A stretch of 64,000 nucleotides of DNA from an uncultured archaeon (GTDB taxonomy: Archaea > Thermoproteota > EX4484-205 > JAAOZP01), in the NCBI GenBank assembly GCA_938045545.1, contig CALIBN010000002.1, positions 90,675 through 154,674 on the forward strand. Reading direction: 5' to 3'. Positions 1 through 9,625 of this stretch are shown piece after piece. Position numbers and translations under genes: made by a program. The notes under the pieces are model-generated. The model saw nothing but the letters and a program-made list of their open reading frames with translations. It did not search any database and was not told the origin of the DNA. How positions within the stretch are numbered: position 1 is the stretch's first letter; each line of letters begins with the position of its first letter.

Positions 1-61
1 TGGTGAAAACATTTATATTTTAAGGGTCTTCACCTGTGAACATGGATGTGGAAAAGAAAGC

Positions 62-1489
62 ATGAGTGAGAAAAACATTCTTGTATTCACAATAGACGCG
101 CAAATAACTCCTTCAGATTATATGGATCTAGTTGACTTCATATATCGGAACTATGTGGCTCCTAATTTGAAGCATTTTACGAACATCGTCAGAAGCGCCT
201 CTGAAACAGGGATTTTCCTCTTCTTTACTGCCGTTGATCCGGATAGGAAATGGTATATCGATGTTCAGATAAGCATTGGAAAACCAATCAGCGTTAGAAT
301 GGTTTTAAGCAGCAGCGAGGTTCCGGGATCAGCAGTAAACTGGTTGAGAAGCAACCTGGTTGCTGCAGTCAGGTTTTTCGAAGACCAGCTTAGGAAGACA
401 ACCGTCTACTTCACTTGGGTTGAGGGCGAGGAAATAATACCTGAAAGGGTTCTCGAGGCACGCAAGAATTTTGTCTACCGGATGTTTTCAGAAAGCATGC
501 TTCTCCTTTTCATCCTGTTCACCTCGCTCAGCATTATTCTCTTCCTAATCTTAGGGTCGTATGCTCCAATAACACTCGTATTAATGCAGTTCACTCTCAT
601 TCTTTTTTCAGACAGGATTATTGGGAGAATGGGGGATTGGCGTATAACCGAGAAAAACCCTCTGATACATGTTTTCCAGTATAATATTCCGGTTTCAGAA
701 TACAAGTCTTTTCTGAATAAACATGGTGCAGAAATATTCTCGAAGATTAAGAAAGAAATTTACAGCAGAACCCTCGCACTGGGGAAGCCGATGAACTACG
801 AAATATGCGCAGAAGTCCTATCACAATACGGATTAGAATATAACTCTGAAAGGGTTTCAGCAAAGAGTGTGAACCTATACGAGATAGTAAAGCAGGCGGC
901 TGAAAAATTTGAGCTTCCAGTGCCCAAGATAATTGTTTCCAACACGACCCTGCCTAATGCGGCAGCCTCCGGGCCTTGGCCGAGCCGGGGAGTAATCCTG
1001 GTCACCACAGGGCTGCTTGTACAGCTGGAGGAGAAGGAGATACTGAGCGTTATTGGACACGAGTTCAGCCATCTTAGAGGGAGGGACCCATTGTTTCTCT
1101 TTCTCCTAACATCCATGGAGTATCTTCTAAGGTTTTACGTTTTCTGGCCGCTACTATACTTCCTAGGATACTTCTATCTTATAATTGCTCTTGGAGCCGT
1201 CTACTTTGTAGCCAAGTTTTTCGAGTCCAAGGCCGATTTAGAGTCCGCTATTAAAATAGGTGAGCCGCAGACCCTTGCCAACGCGTTGAGAAAAATAGGT
1301 TTCCGCAGGCTTCAGCTTGAAGCGAGGCGCGGATACGCTATTCAAGAATGGTTGGGTTGGGACCCACATCCACCTCTCTACTTTAGAATATATAGACTGG
1401 AAAGTCTTAGAGACCCAAGCAGGATAAAGCATCCCTTGATAAGATCTATAAAAGACAATATACTTGGTTTCTTAGAAATAATCGGATGA
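62..1489 (+). CDS. Membrane M48-family Zn metalloprotease (HtpX/Ste24-like) with ~140-aa N-terminal domain of unknown function
   Basis: 475-aa ORF. HExxH motif in VIGHEFSHLRGRD. Downstream FESKADLES (Glu ligand-type motif). Hydrophobic helices flank the catalytic segment. TATA-like ATTTATATTTTA at 11-22. Confidence 0.75.
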   Translation: MSEKNILVFTIDAQITPSDYMDLVDFIYRNYVAPNLKHFTNIVRSASETGIFLFFTAVDPDRKWYIDVQISIGKPISVRMVLSSSEVPGSAVNWLRSNLVAAVRFFEDQLRKTTVYFTWVEGEEIIPERVLEARKNFVYRMFSESMLLLFILFTSLSIILFLILGSYAPITLVLMQFTLILFSDRIIGRMGDWRITEKNPLIHVFQYNIPVSEYKSFLNKHGAEIFSKIKKEIYSRTLALGKPMNYEICAEVLSQYGLEYNSERVSAKSVNLYEIVKQAAEKFELPVPKIIVSNTTLPNAAASGPWPSRGVILVTTGLLVQLEEKEILSVIGHEFSHLRGRDPLFLFLLTSMEYLLRFYVFWPLLYFLGYFYLIIALGAVYFVAKFFESKADLESAIKIGEPQTLANALRKIGFRRLQLEARRGYAIQEWLGWDPHPPLYFRIYRLESLRDPSRIKHPLIRSIKDNILGFLEIIG

Positions 1490-2067
1490 AACCGGGAAGA
1501 TTAGTTAAGATTTTAAAAGCCATCCTCTACTATTATTCGGAGTTGAAGTTAAAGGGAATAATCCTAGTATTACATGCCCTAGTTCTTGTCATCATTCTTT
1601 CCATTTCTACGACGCATACGGATATCCCTCAGGCAAATTATACTAGCAGGAAAATATTAAGCGTTCCTTTCGTCAAACAAGGACCCGACCTTTGCTCTGA
1701 AGCCTCCGCCAGCATGGTTCTTCTCTATTACGGTCTAAACTTCTCGCAGGAGGAAATAAATGCGATGGGGTTCGACAGGTTTGAGAACATGCTGCCGTTC
1801 TTAGACAAGTATATTTATTGTTCATATAAATCGCTTTCCGTGGAAGAATTGAGAGAAGAAATTGAGAAAGGCAATCCTGTAATTATCAGGCTAAGAATTG
1901 GGATTAGCCTACATACGGTGGTGGCTGTTGGATATGAAAATGATTGGATAATTGCGCATGACCCTGCATCAGGACCCTTCGTACTGCTAAGGGTGGATGA
2001 ATCGTTCATTTCTTCTTGGGCGGCGACTAACTACGCTTCAATAGTTTCACGTGGCCGTAAGCCTTGA
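1486..2067 (+). CDS. Membrane-anchored C39-like (papain-fold) cysteine peptidase domain protein
   Basis: 193-aa ORF whose ATG overlaps the stop of the M48 gene (ATGA). N-terminal TM helix. Cys motif VKQGPDLCSEASASMVLLYYG and His motif HTVVAVGYENDWIIAHDP resemble Peptidase_C39-like domains. Confidence 0.55.
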   Translation: MKPGRLVKILKAILYYYSELKLKGIILVLHALVLVIILSISTTHTDIPQANYTSRKILSVPFVKQGPDLCSEASASMVLLYYGLNFSQEEINAMGFDRFENMLPFLDKYIYCSYKSLSVEELREEIEKGNPVIIRLRIGISLHTVVAVGYENDWIIAHDPASGPFVLLRVDESFISSWAATNYASIVSRGRKP

Positions 2068-2146
2068 AACATTATTTTCCCTCCTGAGAAAGTATTTTCC
2101 CAGCTGCAGAAAATTCATAAATCTAAGCATCCAGGAGGAAGGCTGA

Positions 2147-3046
2147 ATGAAACCGGACCCATTATGCATCCCATGCACCGTAAATGCTGCCCTAGACATA
2201 GCCCTTAAAGCGACTAATGACCAAGATACTATTAAGAAGATACTTTTAGAGAGCTTAAGATGGATTCCTAGGGCCTTTGAGGAGGATGCTTCACCGAACG
2301 TCCTCCACTCGCAAGTATGCAGGATTACTGGAAAAATAGCCGGAGTGAGAGACCCTTTTAAGCATGTGAAGACCGCTTCGAATGAAATTGCCTTAAAGGT
2401 TTATCCAAGCCTATGTGAAATGCTCGAATCGATCAGGGATGATGTCAAAGCACTGAGGTTTTGTCTCAAGGCATCCATAATCGGGAATATGATGGATTTC
2501 GAGGTGAGGGATTATCGCTTCGACCTCGAAAGCCTAGAATCGCGGTTCAAAGACTATTTGAAAGAACCTTTGGTGATCGACGATGTGGATAAGCTGTGCG
2601 GAGCACTCAGCGGGGGAAAGAAGATCCTTTACCTAGCTGACAATGCTGGTGAAATAGTCTTCGATAAGCTCGTTGCAAAATGCCTCAAGGAGAGATGGCG
2701 TTGTAGGGTTACGATGGTCGTAAAGGAGGGACCTGTCCTTAACGACGCTACACTAGAGGATGCTAAACAAGTCGGTCTAGACGAGGTTTGTGATGAAGTT
2801 ATAACAACGGGAGACGATACTATAGGTATCGTGATGGATAGGGTCTCTGAAGGCTTCAGAAGGGCTTTGAAAGAAACGGACATGATAATATCTAAAGGAC
2901 AGGGGAACTTTGAATCCTTAACCGGATTCGAGAAAAATATTGGAAGATCTGTATGTTACGTTCTTAGGGCAAAATGCAAAGTAGTTGCCAAACAGTTTGG
3001 CGTTCCATCAGGTTCGAACATAGTTGAATTTATACAAGTTTTTTAA
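2147..3046 (+). CDS. DUF89 / ARMT1-like damage-control phosphatase
   Basis: 299 aa. Family-typical motifs LADNAGEIVFDKL and SKGQGNFESL. GGAGG 9 nt upstream of the ATG. Confidence 0.7.
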   Translation: MKPDPLCIPCTVNAALDIALKATNDQDTIKKILLESLRWIPRAFEEDASPNVLHSQVCRITGKIAGVRDPFKHVKTASNEIALKVYPSLCEMLESIRDDVKALRFCLKASIIGNMMDFEVRDYRFDLESLESRFKDYLKEPLVIDDVDKLCGALSGGKKILYLADNAGEIVFDKLVAKCLKERWRCRVTMVVKEGPVLNDATLEDAKQVGLDEVCDEVITTGDDTIGIVMDRVSEGFRRALKETDMIISKGQGNFESLTGFEKNIGRSVCYVLRAKCKVVAKQFGVPSGSNIVEFIQVF

Positions 3047-3234
3047 CTTAAATACTCATCGTCAACGACTTATTTATCGTTCAAAACCTCCCTCCCGACG
3101 AATATTTCAACTGTCAAGAGTTCGGCTCTGTAGGAATGTAAATCCTGACTTTACTGAGGCCCATATGGTTAGTGCCATAGTAGGAGGCTACGAGGAAAAA
3201 AAGCTTATTTGCTCTATGCGGGGATGAACAGTTT

Positions 3235-3912
3235 ATGGTGGATGTTGAAAGAAAAGTTACATATTTCGAATATTGTGGAGAGGTGAACACTGAAAAAGTT
3301 CTTTGTCTGGTTAAACTGCATTGTGATAAGTCTAATCTTGATAAGGTTATAATCGCTTCTGAAACCGGTAGAAGTGCAATAAGAGCTCTTGAGATACTTG
3401 GGGGAACAAATGTTAAAATTATTGTTGTAACCCATTATCCAGCTGAGACCTGGGGGCCGAAGGGAAATATTCCTATCGGGTTAAAACGGAAGGAATATTC
3501 AAAAAATCTTAAAAAGCTTGAAGAGCATGGATGTAGAATTGTTCAGGGAACCAGACCCTTCGCTCCACCTTCACGTTCCATATACTGGGAGCATCCCACT
3601 CCCGAAGGCATCATCGACATGGTTCTTGAAATTTTCGGAGCTGGCACAAAAATAGCCATAGAAGCTGCGATAATGGCTACAGACGCAGGAGAAGTAGATG
3701 AAGGTGAAGAAGTCGTATCATGCGCTGGAACGTATAAAGGCTTAGATACAGCCCTTGTAGTAAAAACAGCCTATAGCATGAACTTCTTCAAGAATTTTGA
3801 AGTTAAAGAAACAATAGCCAAGCCACTATACCGCGTAAAGGAACTCCCAGAATACAGATATGAAAAATGGAAAGGCGACATAGACAGTTATTATAGACAA
3901 TTAGGGTATTAA
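3235..3912 (+). CDS. Pyruvate-kinase C-terminal (alpha/beta) domain-like protein, function unknown
   Basis: 225 aa. VIIASETGRSAIRALEIL and GTKIAIEAAIMATDAG segments resemble stand-alone PK_C-domain proteins. Assignment from memory only. Confidence 0.4.
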   Translation: MVDVERKVTYFEYCGEVNTEKVLCLVKLHCDKSNLDKVIIASETGRSAIRALEILGGTNVKIIVVTHYPAETWGPKGNIPIGLKRKEYSKNLKKLEEHGCRIVQGTRPFAPPSRSIYWEHPTPEGIIDMVLEIFGAGTKIAIEAAIMATDAGEVDEGEEVVSCAGTYKGLDTALVVKTAYSMNFFKNFEVKETIAKPLYRVKELPEYRYEKWKGDIDSYYRQLGY

Positions 3913-4216
3913 TTGAGTTATGCTAAGATACACAACAGCAAGATTTAAAGAAGGCTAAAGAGTCATAATAAGTAGAACGTGTTCCTTTAGTCATCGTTAA
4001 CTTACCCTTAACAGCATTTCGCCTTGCATCAATTTCGGGGCTCTCACCGGGCTTGAAAAGAATATTGGCAAGCCTGTTTACTATGTTCTGAGATTCAAAT
4101 AGGAAGTCGTTGGTAGAAGTCTCGGGGGTCCCAAAGGATTCTAACATGCTTAAGCTTATAGGGTTCCACAAGTTTCAAAAACTTTATTAGGCTTCCCTTA
4201 AACTACTACCTTACCT

Positions 4217-5077
4217 ATGAAGAAGGGGATAAATCTTTGGAGCATCGATTGGCCCGGCATTCTGAAGGAACTGGACAACAAGGAGGTTGCCAGGAGGATT
4301 AAGGAGATCGGTTATGAGGGGGTTGAGCTCATCTTCGACGACAGCAGTTTTGATCCAACTAGGAAGACTGAGGACGAGATACGTAGAACGGCCGAGGACT
4401 TCAAGTCGGCGAACCTCGAAATACCTAGCGTGGCGACGGGGGTCTTCTGGAATTACAACCTAGGCTCGAACGACGAGAAAATCAGGAACAAGGCCATCGA
4501 GTACGGCAAGGCCGGCATCAAAATGGCCAGCATTGTAGGAGCTTCATCGATCCTCGTCGTCCCCGGCGTCGCCTCCCCGGAAATACCTTATGAAGACCTC
4601 TACGCCAATGCTCTAAAATCGGTGAAGGAGCTCGCGGAGTTCGCGGAGGACTATGGCGTGACGATAGCCGTTGAGAACGTCTGGAACAAGTTCCTATACT
4701 CCCCCATGGAGTTTAAGAAGTTCGTCACGGATGTTGGAATGAAGAATGTTAAAGTGTATCTTGACATTGCCAACCTCGTGGCGATATCCCATCCTGAGAA
4801 CTGGATACATAGTTTGGGGAACATGGTGTCAAACGTGCACGTCAAGGATTTCGACGTCAGCATCGGAAATATTAATGGATTTAGGAGCCTGCTTAAAGGA
4901 AACGTGGACTGGAAGAAAATGATCAAGCTGCTCAAAGCGGCAGGATACGACGACTATCTGATCCTAGAGTGCTTTCCTAGTTTCGACCCCTCGTTGAAGT
5001 CCCCAACCGCTCGAGACCTCATGAGGCATGCTGAGGAAAACTGTAGGGCGCTCGAGGAAATCATGAAAGGATTTTGA
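4217..5077 (+). CDS. Sugar phosphate isomerase/epimerase (xylose-isomerase-like TIM barrel)
   Basis: 286 aa. TIAVENVWN, VHVKD and ILECF motifs are typical of the AP_endonuc_2/TIM-barrel family. Confidence 0.75.
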   Translation: MKKGINLWSIDWPGILKELDNKEVARRIKEIGYEGVELIFDDSSFDPTRKTEDEIRRTAEDFKSANLEIPSVATGVFWNYNLGSNDEKIRNKAIEYGKAGIKMASIVGASSILVVPGVASPEIPYEDLYANALKSVKELAEFAEDYGVTIAVENVWNKFLYSPMEFKKFVTDVGMKNVKVYLDIANLVAISHPENWIHSLGNMVSNVHVKDFDVSIGNINGFRSLLKGNVDWKKMIKLLKAAGYDDYLILECFPSFDPSLKSPTARDLMRHAEENCRALEEIMKGF

Positions 5078-5080
5078 GTC

Positions 5081-5581
5081 TTGAAAAGAATACAGATAAG
5101 GAGGAAGGAGGCAGCTAGGTTTATCGAAAATGCTAAAAACCAAAAAATCTCTTTTAGACTAAACAAGCCGGAGTCTGCGGAGATAGTTGAGCTGGAAGAC
5201 GCTAAAATACTTCTTTTAAACCGAACCCCTGCCCTAATAATTTTTCCAGACGGAAGGATCATTCCGCATCTTCAAGGTCTTGGAAGAATAACGGTCTGTC
5301 CGATAGTGGTTGTTGATAAGGGTGCTGTCGAATACGTGGTTAAGGGTGCTGACGTGATGATGCCGGGAGTAGTTAAACACAGCAGTTTCAGCAAGGGGGA
5401 GCCTGTTGCAGTTGTTTCAGAAGACTATGTTGCAATAGCAGCAGGAGTGGCTCTTCATGACTCCGAGAAAATCGTTAAAGAGGGGAAAGGGAAGATCGTT
5501 AAAAATCTGCACAAGCCCAACGACAAGTTTTTCATAGGGCTCTCCAGCTCAGCCCAGTCCAACAGCATTCAGGATGCGTAG
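5081..5581 (+). CDS. PUA-domain RNA-binding protein (MCT-1/Tma20-like)
   Basis: 166 aa with a TTG start 3 nt after the preceding stop. VVDKGAVEYVVKGADVMMPGV plus GEPVAVV form a PUA signature. Confidence 0.6.
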   Translation: MKRIQIRRKEAARFIENAKNQKISFRLNKPESAEIVELEDAKILLLNRTPALIIFPDGRIIPHLQGLGRITVCPIVVVDKGAVEYVVKGADVMMPGVVKHSSFSKGEPVAVVSEDYVAIAAGVALHDSEKIVKEGKGKIVKNLHKPNDKFFIGLSSSAQSNSIQDA

Positions 5582-5630
5582 CACGTGTTGAAAAACCTTT
5601 CATCGTCCGCCAGCGATTGAGAACAGACCT

Positions 5631-6017
5631 CTAACCTTTTTCAACAAGTATTTCCTCACCGTCCCTAACCTTTTTGAAGACTTCGAGGTCCCCCTCTATT
5701 TTAGCGAAAACGTTGACAGGGCTGTATGCAACTATCTTCCCCTTCCTTGACATGGGGGTTGGGCCGAAGAAGATACAGAGGGCTCTTCCAGGAGGCCAGT
5801 ATGCAACCTCGCCTTTCTCAACTTCTCTGCGCGAATTCTCCTCAGGCAGGATAACAGGGATTTCGAAGTATATTTCCTCACCCCAAGTGTTTGCAAAACC
5901 TTTAAACGGGAGTGCCTTAAGAATGCCTTCGACAGTTTTGGGGTTTAACTCAGGAAGAAGTATAGCTCTCCTTACACCTATTGACTTGCTTTTGATGATG
6001 ATCGCTTCTGGCAACAC
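5631..6017 (-). CDS. Cyclophilin-like fold protein (TM1367-like)
   Basis: 128 aa. TWGEEIYFEIPV and GEVAYWPPGRALCIFFGPTP are typical of the cyclophilin-like (non-PPIase) family. Confidence 0.5.
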   Translation of the reverse strand: MLPEAIIIKSKSIGVRRAILLPELNPKTVEGILKALPFKGFANTWGEEIYFEIPVILPEENSRREVEKGEVAYWPPGRALCIFFGPTPMSRKGKIVAYSPVNVFAKIEGDLEVFKKVRDGEEILVEKG

Positions 6018-6052
6018 GATATTGAGAACTATTAGGTGGTTTAAAAACTTAG

Positions 6053-8062
6053 CTAGACGGGGAACAATGCGTATTTAACCAATATTGTTTCCAAAGTTAG
6101 AGCCGTCATTGTAATGTTCTTCATGAGAATCGTTAAAGAGGGGCCGGCCACATCCTTAAGTGGGTCTCCGAAAGTATCACCCGTCACGACAGCGGATCGC
6201 AGGTCCTCATCATTGCTTTCAGACAATTCGAAAACCTTCTTAGTGTTGTCAAAAGCCCCGCCTACGAGGATATACTTAATCCCTAGGATGGCGCTTGAAC
6301 CCAGCAGGCCTATCAGCATCCCGGCTAAAGCATTAACCCCGAAGAGCAGCCCAAAGCCTAGGAAAACAGCCTCAGCGATTAAAACAGGCAGGACCATCTG
6401 CCTCAAAGCGTTCACCGTAGCTATTTTAACACACTTATCGTAAGCAGGCGTATCCGACCCTGAGAGTATCCCCGGATTCTCTCTAAACTGCTTCCTCACC
6501 TCGTCAACCATCACTCGAGTCGTAGAGTTCACCGCATTCATAATATATGAGGAGAACAGGAACGGTATGGCGATGCCTATTAGAAGACCAGCTGTGTGGA
6601 ACGGGTTTGTGAGGTCAACTGGTCTTTTACCAACAACGTAGTAATAGGTCATTAAGGCTATGAAAGCCGTGAAGGTGCCGCTTGCGAGAGCAAACGCTTT
6701 CGTGTATGCTTTAGTAGTGTTTCCGATGGCGTCGAGAGCATCGAACGCTCCATTATTGCCTTCGCCACACATCTCGTTTATTCCGCCGGCGTTGTCTACT
6801 ATCGGCCCGAATGCGTCCCAGGCCATCACTGTTCCTATGAGTATGTCTGTACCAAGGTTTGCTGCAACCAAGCCGTATACATTACCGGTGACAAGATAGG
6901 AGAATATCGCGGATGTCGAGACTAGGAACACGGGTATTACTGCTCCTCTTAAAGCGTAGGCGAAGCCGCTTATCATGTTTATAGCAGCACCCCTCTTAGC
7001 TGACTCATACATGTTTTTAACCGGAGATGAGTTTACTCCAGTATAGTGGTTTGATACGACGGCCATAAGCAGGGTCACGATCAAACCGCTGAATCCAGCG
7101 TAGAAAAGCGTAACATCCCTCATGAAAAGGGTTGAGACGAAGTAGAGACCTACTGCCGAGGAAACAGTTGAGACAGCGAGGCTTATCAGAAAACTTTTCG
7201 TAGGATTACTGATTTTAAGCGCAACCATGATACTTATTATTGTAGAAAGCAGACCCGCCGAGAGGAAGAGCGGTGAGAACAGTAGGACCATTTGCCCATA
7301 CTTATCCATGAACCCCAGCCCTATTATCATGCTGGTAACCATGTCCCCGCTTAAAGTCTCAAAGAGGTCGGCGCCCCTTCCAGCGCAGTCGCCAACATTA
7401 TCCCCAACCAGGTCGGCGATCACCGCTGGGTTTCTAGGATCATCCTCAGTAAGCCCGTACTCAAGCTTCCCAACAAGGTCGGCACCTATGTCTGCACTCT
7501 TTGTAAATATTCCGCCGCCCATCTGGATGAAGATTGCAGTCAGGCTGGCACCCATGGCGTACCCTGTTAGAAACCCCACACCCACCCCAGACGAGTCCTC
7601 CCCTAGGAGGGAAACCAGGATTAGTACTCCAAGCAGGCTCAGGCTTGCAACCGAAAGGCCAGCCACTGAGCCTCCGCTTAAAGCTGTTTTCAAACCTTTA
7701 GAAACGTTTCCGTTTACCGACTCCATGGTTCTGACGTTTGCTTTCACAGCCACTTTCATCCCTATGAAACCCGAGGCTAGGGAAAATGCTGCTCCAAGCG
7801 TGAACGCGAACGCTGTTTTAACCCCTAGGAGTATTAGGAGAAGCAGAGTGACTGCAGCATCGAAAACCATTATGACAGAATATTCTGTGCGGAGGAACGC
7901 TGAGGCGCCTGACTCTATATAGCCAGCTATCCTAGCTGCCCGAGTGTTTTTCAACCGGTTTTTAAGAACGTTTATAGCTAAGACTATGATTGCCAGAAGG
8001 CTTGCTAACACAGAGCCCGAAACGATTATCTCTGCAGCAGACGGAAGCCCTGTTGTAGTCAA
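6053..8062 (-). CDS. hppA: Membrane-bound H+(or Na+)-translocating pyrophosphatase
   Basis: 669 aa and polytopic. Diagnostic DLVGDNVGDCAGRGADLFE motif, plus multiple Gly/Ala-rich TM helices. Confidence 0.95.
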   Translation of the reverse strand: MTTTGLPSAAEIIVSGSVLASLLAIIVLAINVLKNRLKNTRAARIAGYIESGASAFLRTEYSVIMVFDAAVTLLLLILLGVKTAFAFTLGAAFSLASGFIGMKVAVKANVRTMESVNGNVSKGLKTALSGGSVAGLSVASLSLLGVLILVSLLGEDSSGVGVGFLTGYAMGASLTAIFIQMGGGIFTKSADIGADLVGKLEYGLTEDDPRNPAVIADLVGDNVGDCAGRGADLFETLSGDMVTSMIIGLGFMDKYGQMVLLFSPLFLSAGLLSTIISIMVALKISNPTKSFLISLAVSTVSSAVGLYFVSTLFMRDVTLFYAGFSGLIVTLLMAVVSNHYTGVNSSPVKNMYESAKRGAAINMISGFAYALRGAVIPVFLVSTSAIFSYLVTGNVYGLVAANLGTDILIGTVMAWDAFGPIVDNAGGINEMCGEGNNGAFDALDAIGNTTKAYTKAFALASGTFTAFIALMTYYYVVGKRPVDLTNPFHTAGLLIGIAIPFLFSSYIMNAVNSTTRVMVDEVRKQFRENPGILSGSDTPAYDKCVKIATVNALRQMVLPVLIAEAVFLGFGLLFGVNALAGMLIGLLGSSAILGIKYILVGGAFDNTKKVFELSESNDEDLRSAVVTGDTFGDPLKDVAGPSLTILMKNITMTALTLETILVKYALFPV

Positions 8063-8214
8063 TTCGAGCCACCATCAGTCCACCGTGTTAAGTCTGCCCC
8101 TACGCCGGGGCTATTTTTAAACATTACGTATGGAGCTCAATGCCTCTAAAACACGTTCCGCTCGATATCCCTAATGAAAGCTTTAATAAAGCTGATTTTT
8201 AAACCATATTCGGC

Positions 8215-8724
8215 ATGAGAAGAATCCTAATGGTTTCTCATTGTATACTCAACCCATACAGCAAGGCGGTGGGATTGTTGCGGGAAGAAAAAGTGAAGGC
8301 GGCTAGGAAAATTATCAAAACCCTTCTAGATGATTTGGAAACCAGCATAATACAGCTCCCTTGTCCTGAACTACTGTATAAAGGTTTAGACAGGAAGCCC
8401 GCATCCAGAGAATCCTACGATAAACCTGAGTTCAGACATATCTGCCGGAGTATTGCTGAACAAGCCGTGGAAATTGCGGCAAAATACAAGCGTAGGGGCG
8501 TCGGGATCGTGGCATACCTAGGTGTAGAGGGAAGCCCGTCCTGCGGCGTTGAATGGACCCATTTCAAAATCGACAAGCCTGAGAAGGGAAGAGGAGTTTT
8601 TACTGAAACTCTTTGCGAGACAATGAGCAAGGCTGGAATCAAGATTAGCCTTCTAGGCTTGCCTGAAAAAGAAAAGTACGGGAGCCTTGAGGAGCTTTTA
8701 AGGAAGCTTGAAGCGTTAAGGTGA
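8215..8724 (+). CDS. Cysteine-rich DUF523-like protein (possible Fe-S protein)
   Basis: 169 aa. SHCILNPYSK, LPCPE and VEGSPSCGV cysteine motifs. Family assignment tentative. Confidence 0.35.
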   Translation: MRRILMVSHCILNPYSKAVGLLREEKVKAARKIIKTLLDDLETSIIQLPCPELLYKGLDRKPASRESYDKPEFRHICRSIAEQAVEIAAKYKRRGVGIVAYLGVEGSPSCGVEWTHFKIDKPEKGRGVFTETLCETMSKAGIKISLLGLPEKEKYGSLEELLRKLEALR

Positions 8725-8779
8725 AACAGGTTTAGCTGGGGCAAATCTTTTTTAAACACCCTGGCGTGGTGCTGTAGGC

Positions 8780-9625
8780 ATGGATTACGGATTCGACACG
8801 TGGATCTACTCTATACTTGAGGCAGAGAAGGCTCTTGGAAGGCTTAGCGAAAAGGGAGTAGGGTTTGTTGAACTGTCTTACGAGCACTTATCAAAGATTT
8901 TTAAAGACGAAACTGTTGACTTGAAAGCCTTAGGGAGCATCAAGGAGGCTGCGGACAGTCTCGGCATCAGGATTATTCAAGTCCACGGGCCTTTCGGAGA
9001 AATCGATTTGGAGCTTGCTTCAGAAGACTCTTCCCAGAGGGAGAGGGCGCTTAGAAAAATCTTCAACTGGATCAAGTATGTTGGCGAGCTAGAATGGGGT
9101 GTGCTCGTGCTACATACTGCGAGGATAAGGGTTTCAGAGGAACATGATTTCCAGAGGCTTGTCGAGAAGACTAAACTCGCCAATTTAAGGTTTTTCAAAG
9201 AGGTTTCCGAATACGCCTCAGAGCATGGTGTTAAGATAGCCGTGGAGAACAGGCTTGAATCCTGCTATGGCTCTTTGCCCAAAGATCTCTTAGAATTGGT
9301 TAAGGAGACTGGTAGTGAAAGCCTAGGAATATGCTTTGATACTGGTCACGCTAATGTGAACAGGCTGAGTGTATCCGCAATGGTTGAAATACTTAGAGGG
9401 CATCTCATAGCTACTCACATCCATGATAACGATGGCCATCATGATCAGCACTTGCCTCCTTTAATGGGAAGTATAGACTGGGATCGAGTGATGAATGCTT
9501 TCTCAAGAGCAGGCTATGGGAAGCCTTTGATCCTGGAGATCCACGAGCATGGTAGACTGGATCTGGATGACAATGTAGTCAGAGCAACCAGAACCCTGAT
9601 GAACAGCCTACTTGGAAAAGGCTAA
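8780..9625 (+). CDS. Sugar phosphate isomerase/epimerase (xylose-isomerase-like TIM barrel), second paralog
   Basis: 281 aa. KIAVENR, FDTGHAN, HIHDNDG and LILEI motifs. Confidence 0.7.
   Translation: MDYGFDTWIYSILEAEKALGRLSEKGVGFVELSYEHLSKIFKDETVDLKALGSIKEAADSLGIRIIQVHGPFGEIDLELASEDSSQRERALRKIFNWIKYVGELEWGVLVLHTARIRVSEEHDFQRLVEKTKLANLRFFKEVSEYASEHGVKIAVENRLESCYGSLPKDLLELVKETGSESLGICFDTGHANVNRLSVSAMVEILRGHLIATHIHDNDGHHDQHLPPLMGSIDWDRVMNAFSRAGYGKPLILEIHEHGRLDLDDNVVRATRTLMNSLLGKG

Noticed and set aside
3923-4171. 82-aa minus-strand ORF filling the 300-nt gap between two plus-strand genes
   Set aside because: No motif, no obvious promoter, and a Cys-rich odd C-terminus. I cannot tell it apart from a chance ORF in an intergenic region, so it is left unannotated. 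RNA-seq would decide.
7227-7922. 231-aa plus-strand ORF, along with 6114-6443 and 6660-6899, inside the pyrophosphatase gene
   Set aside because: These are antisense shadow ORFs of a high-confidence 669-aa gene. They are Ser/Pro/Arg/Thr-rich low-complexity translations with no motifs.
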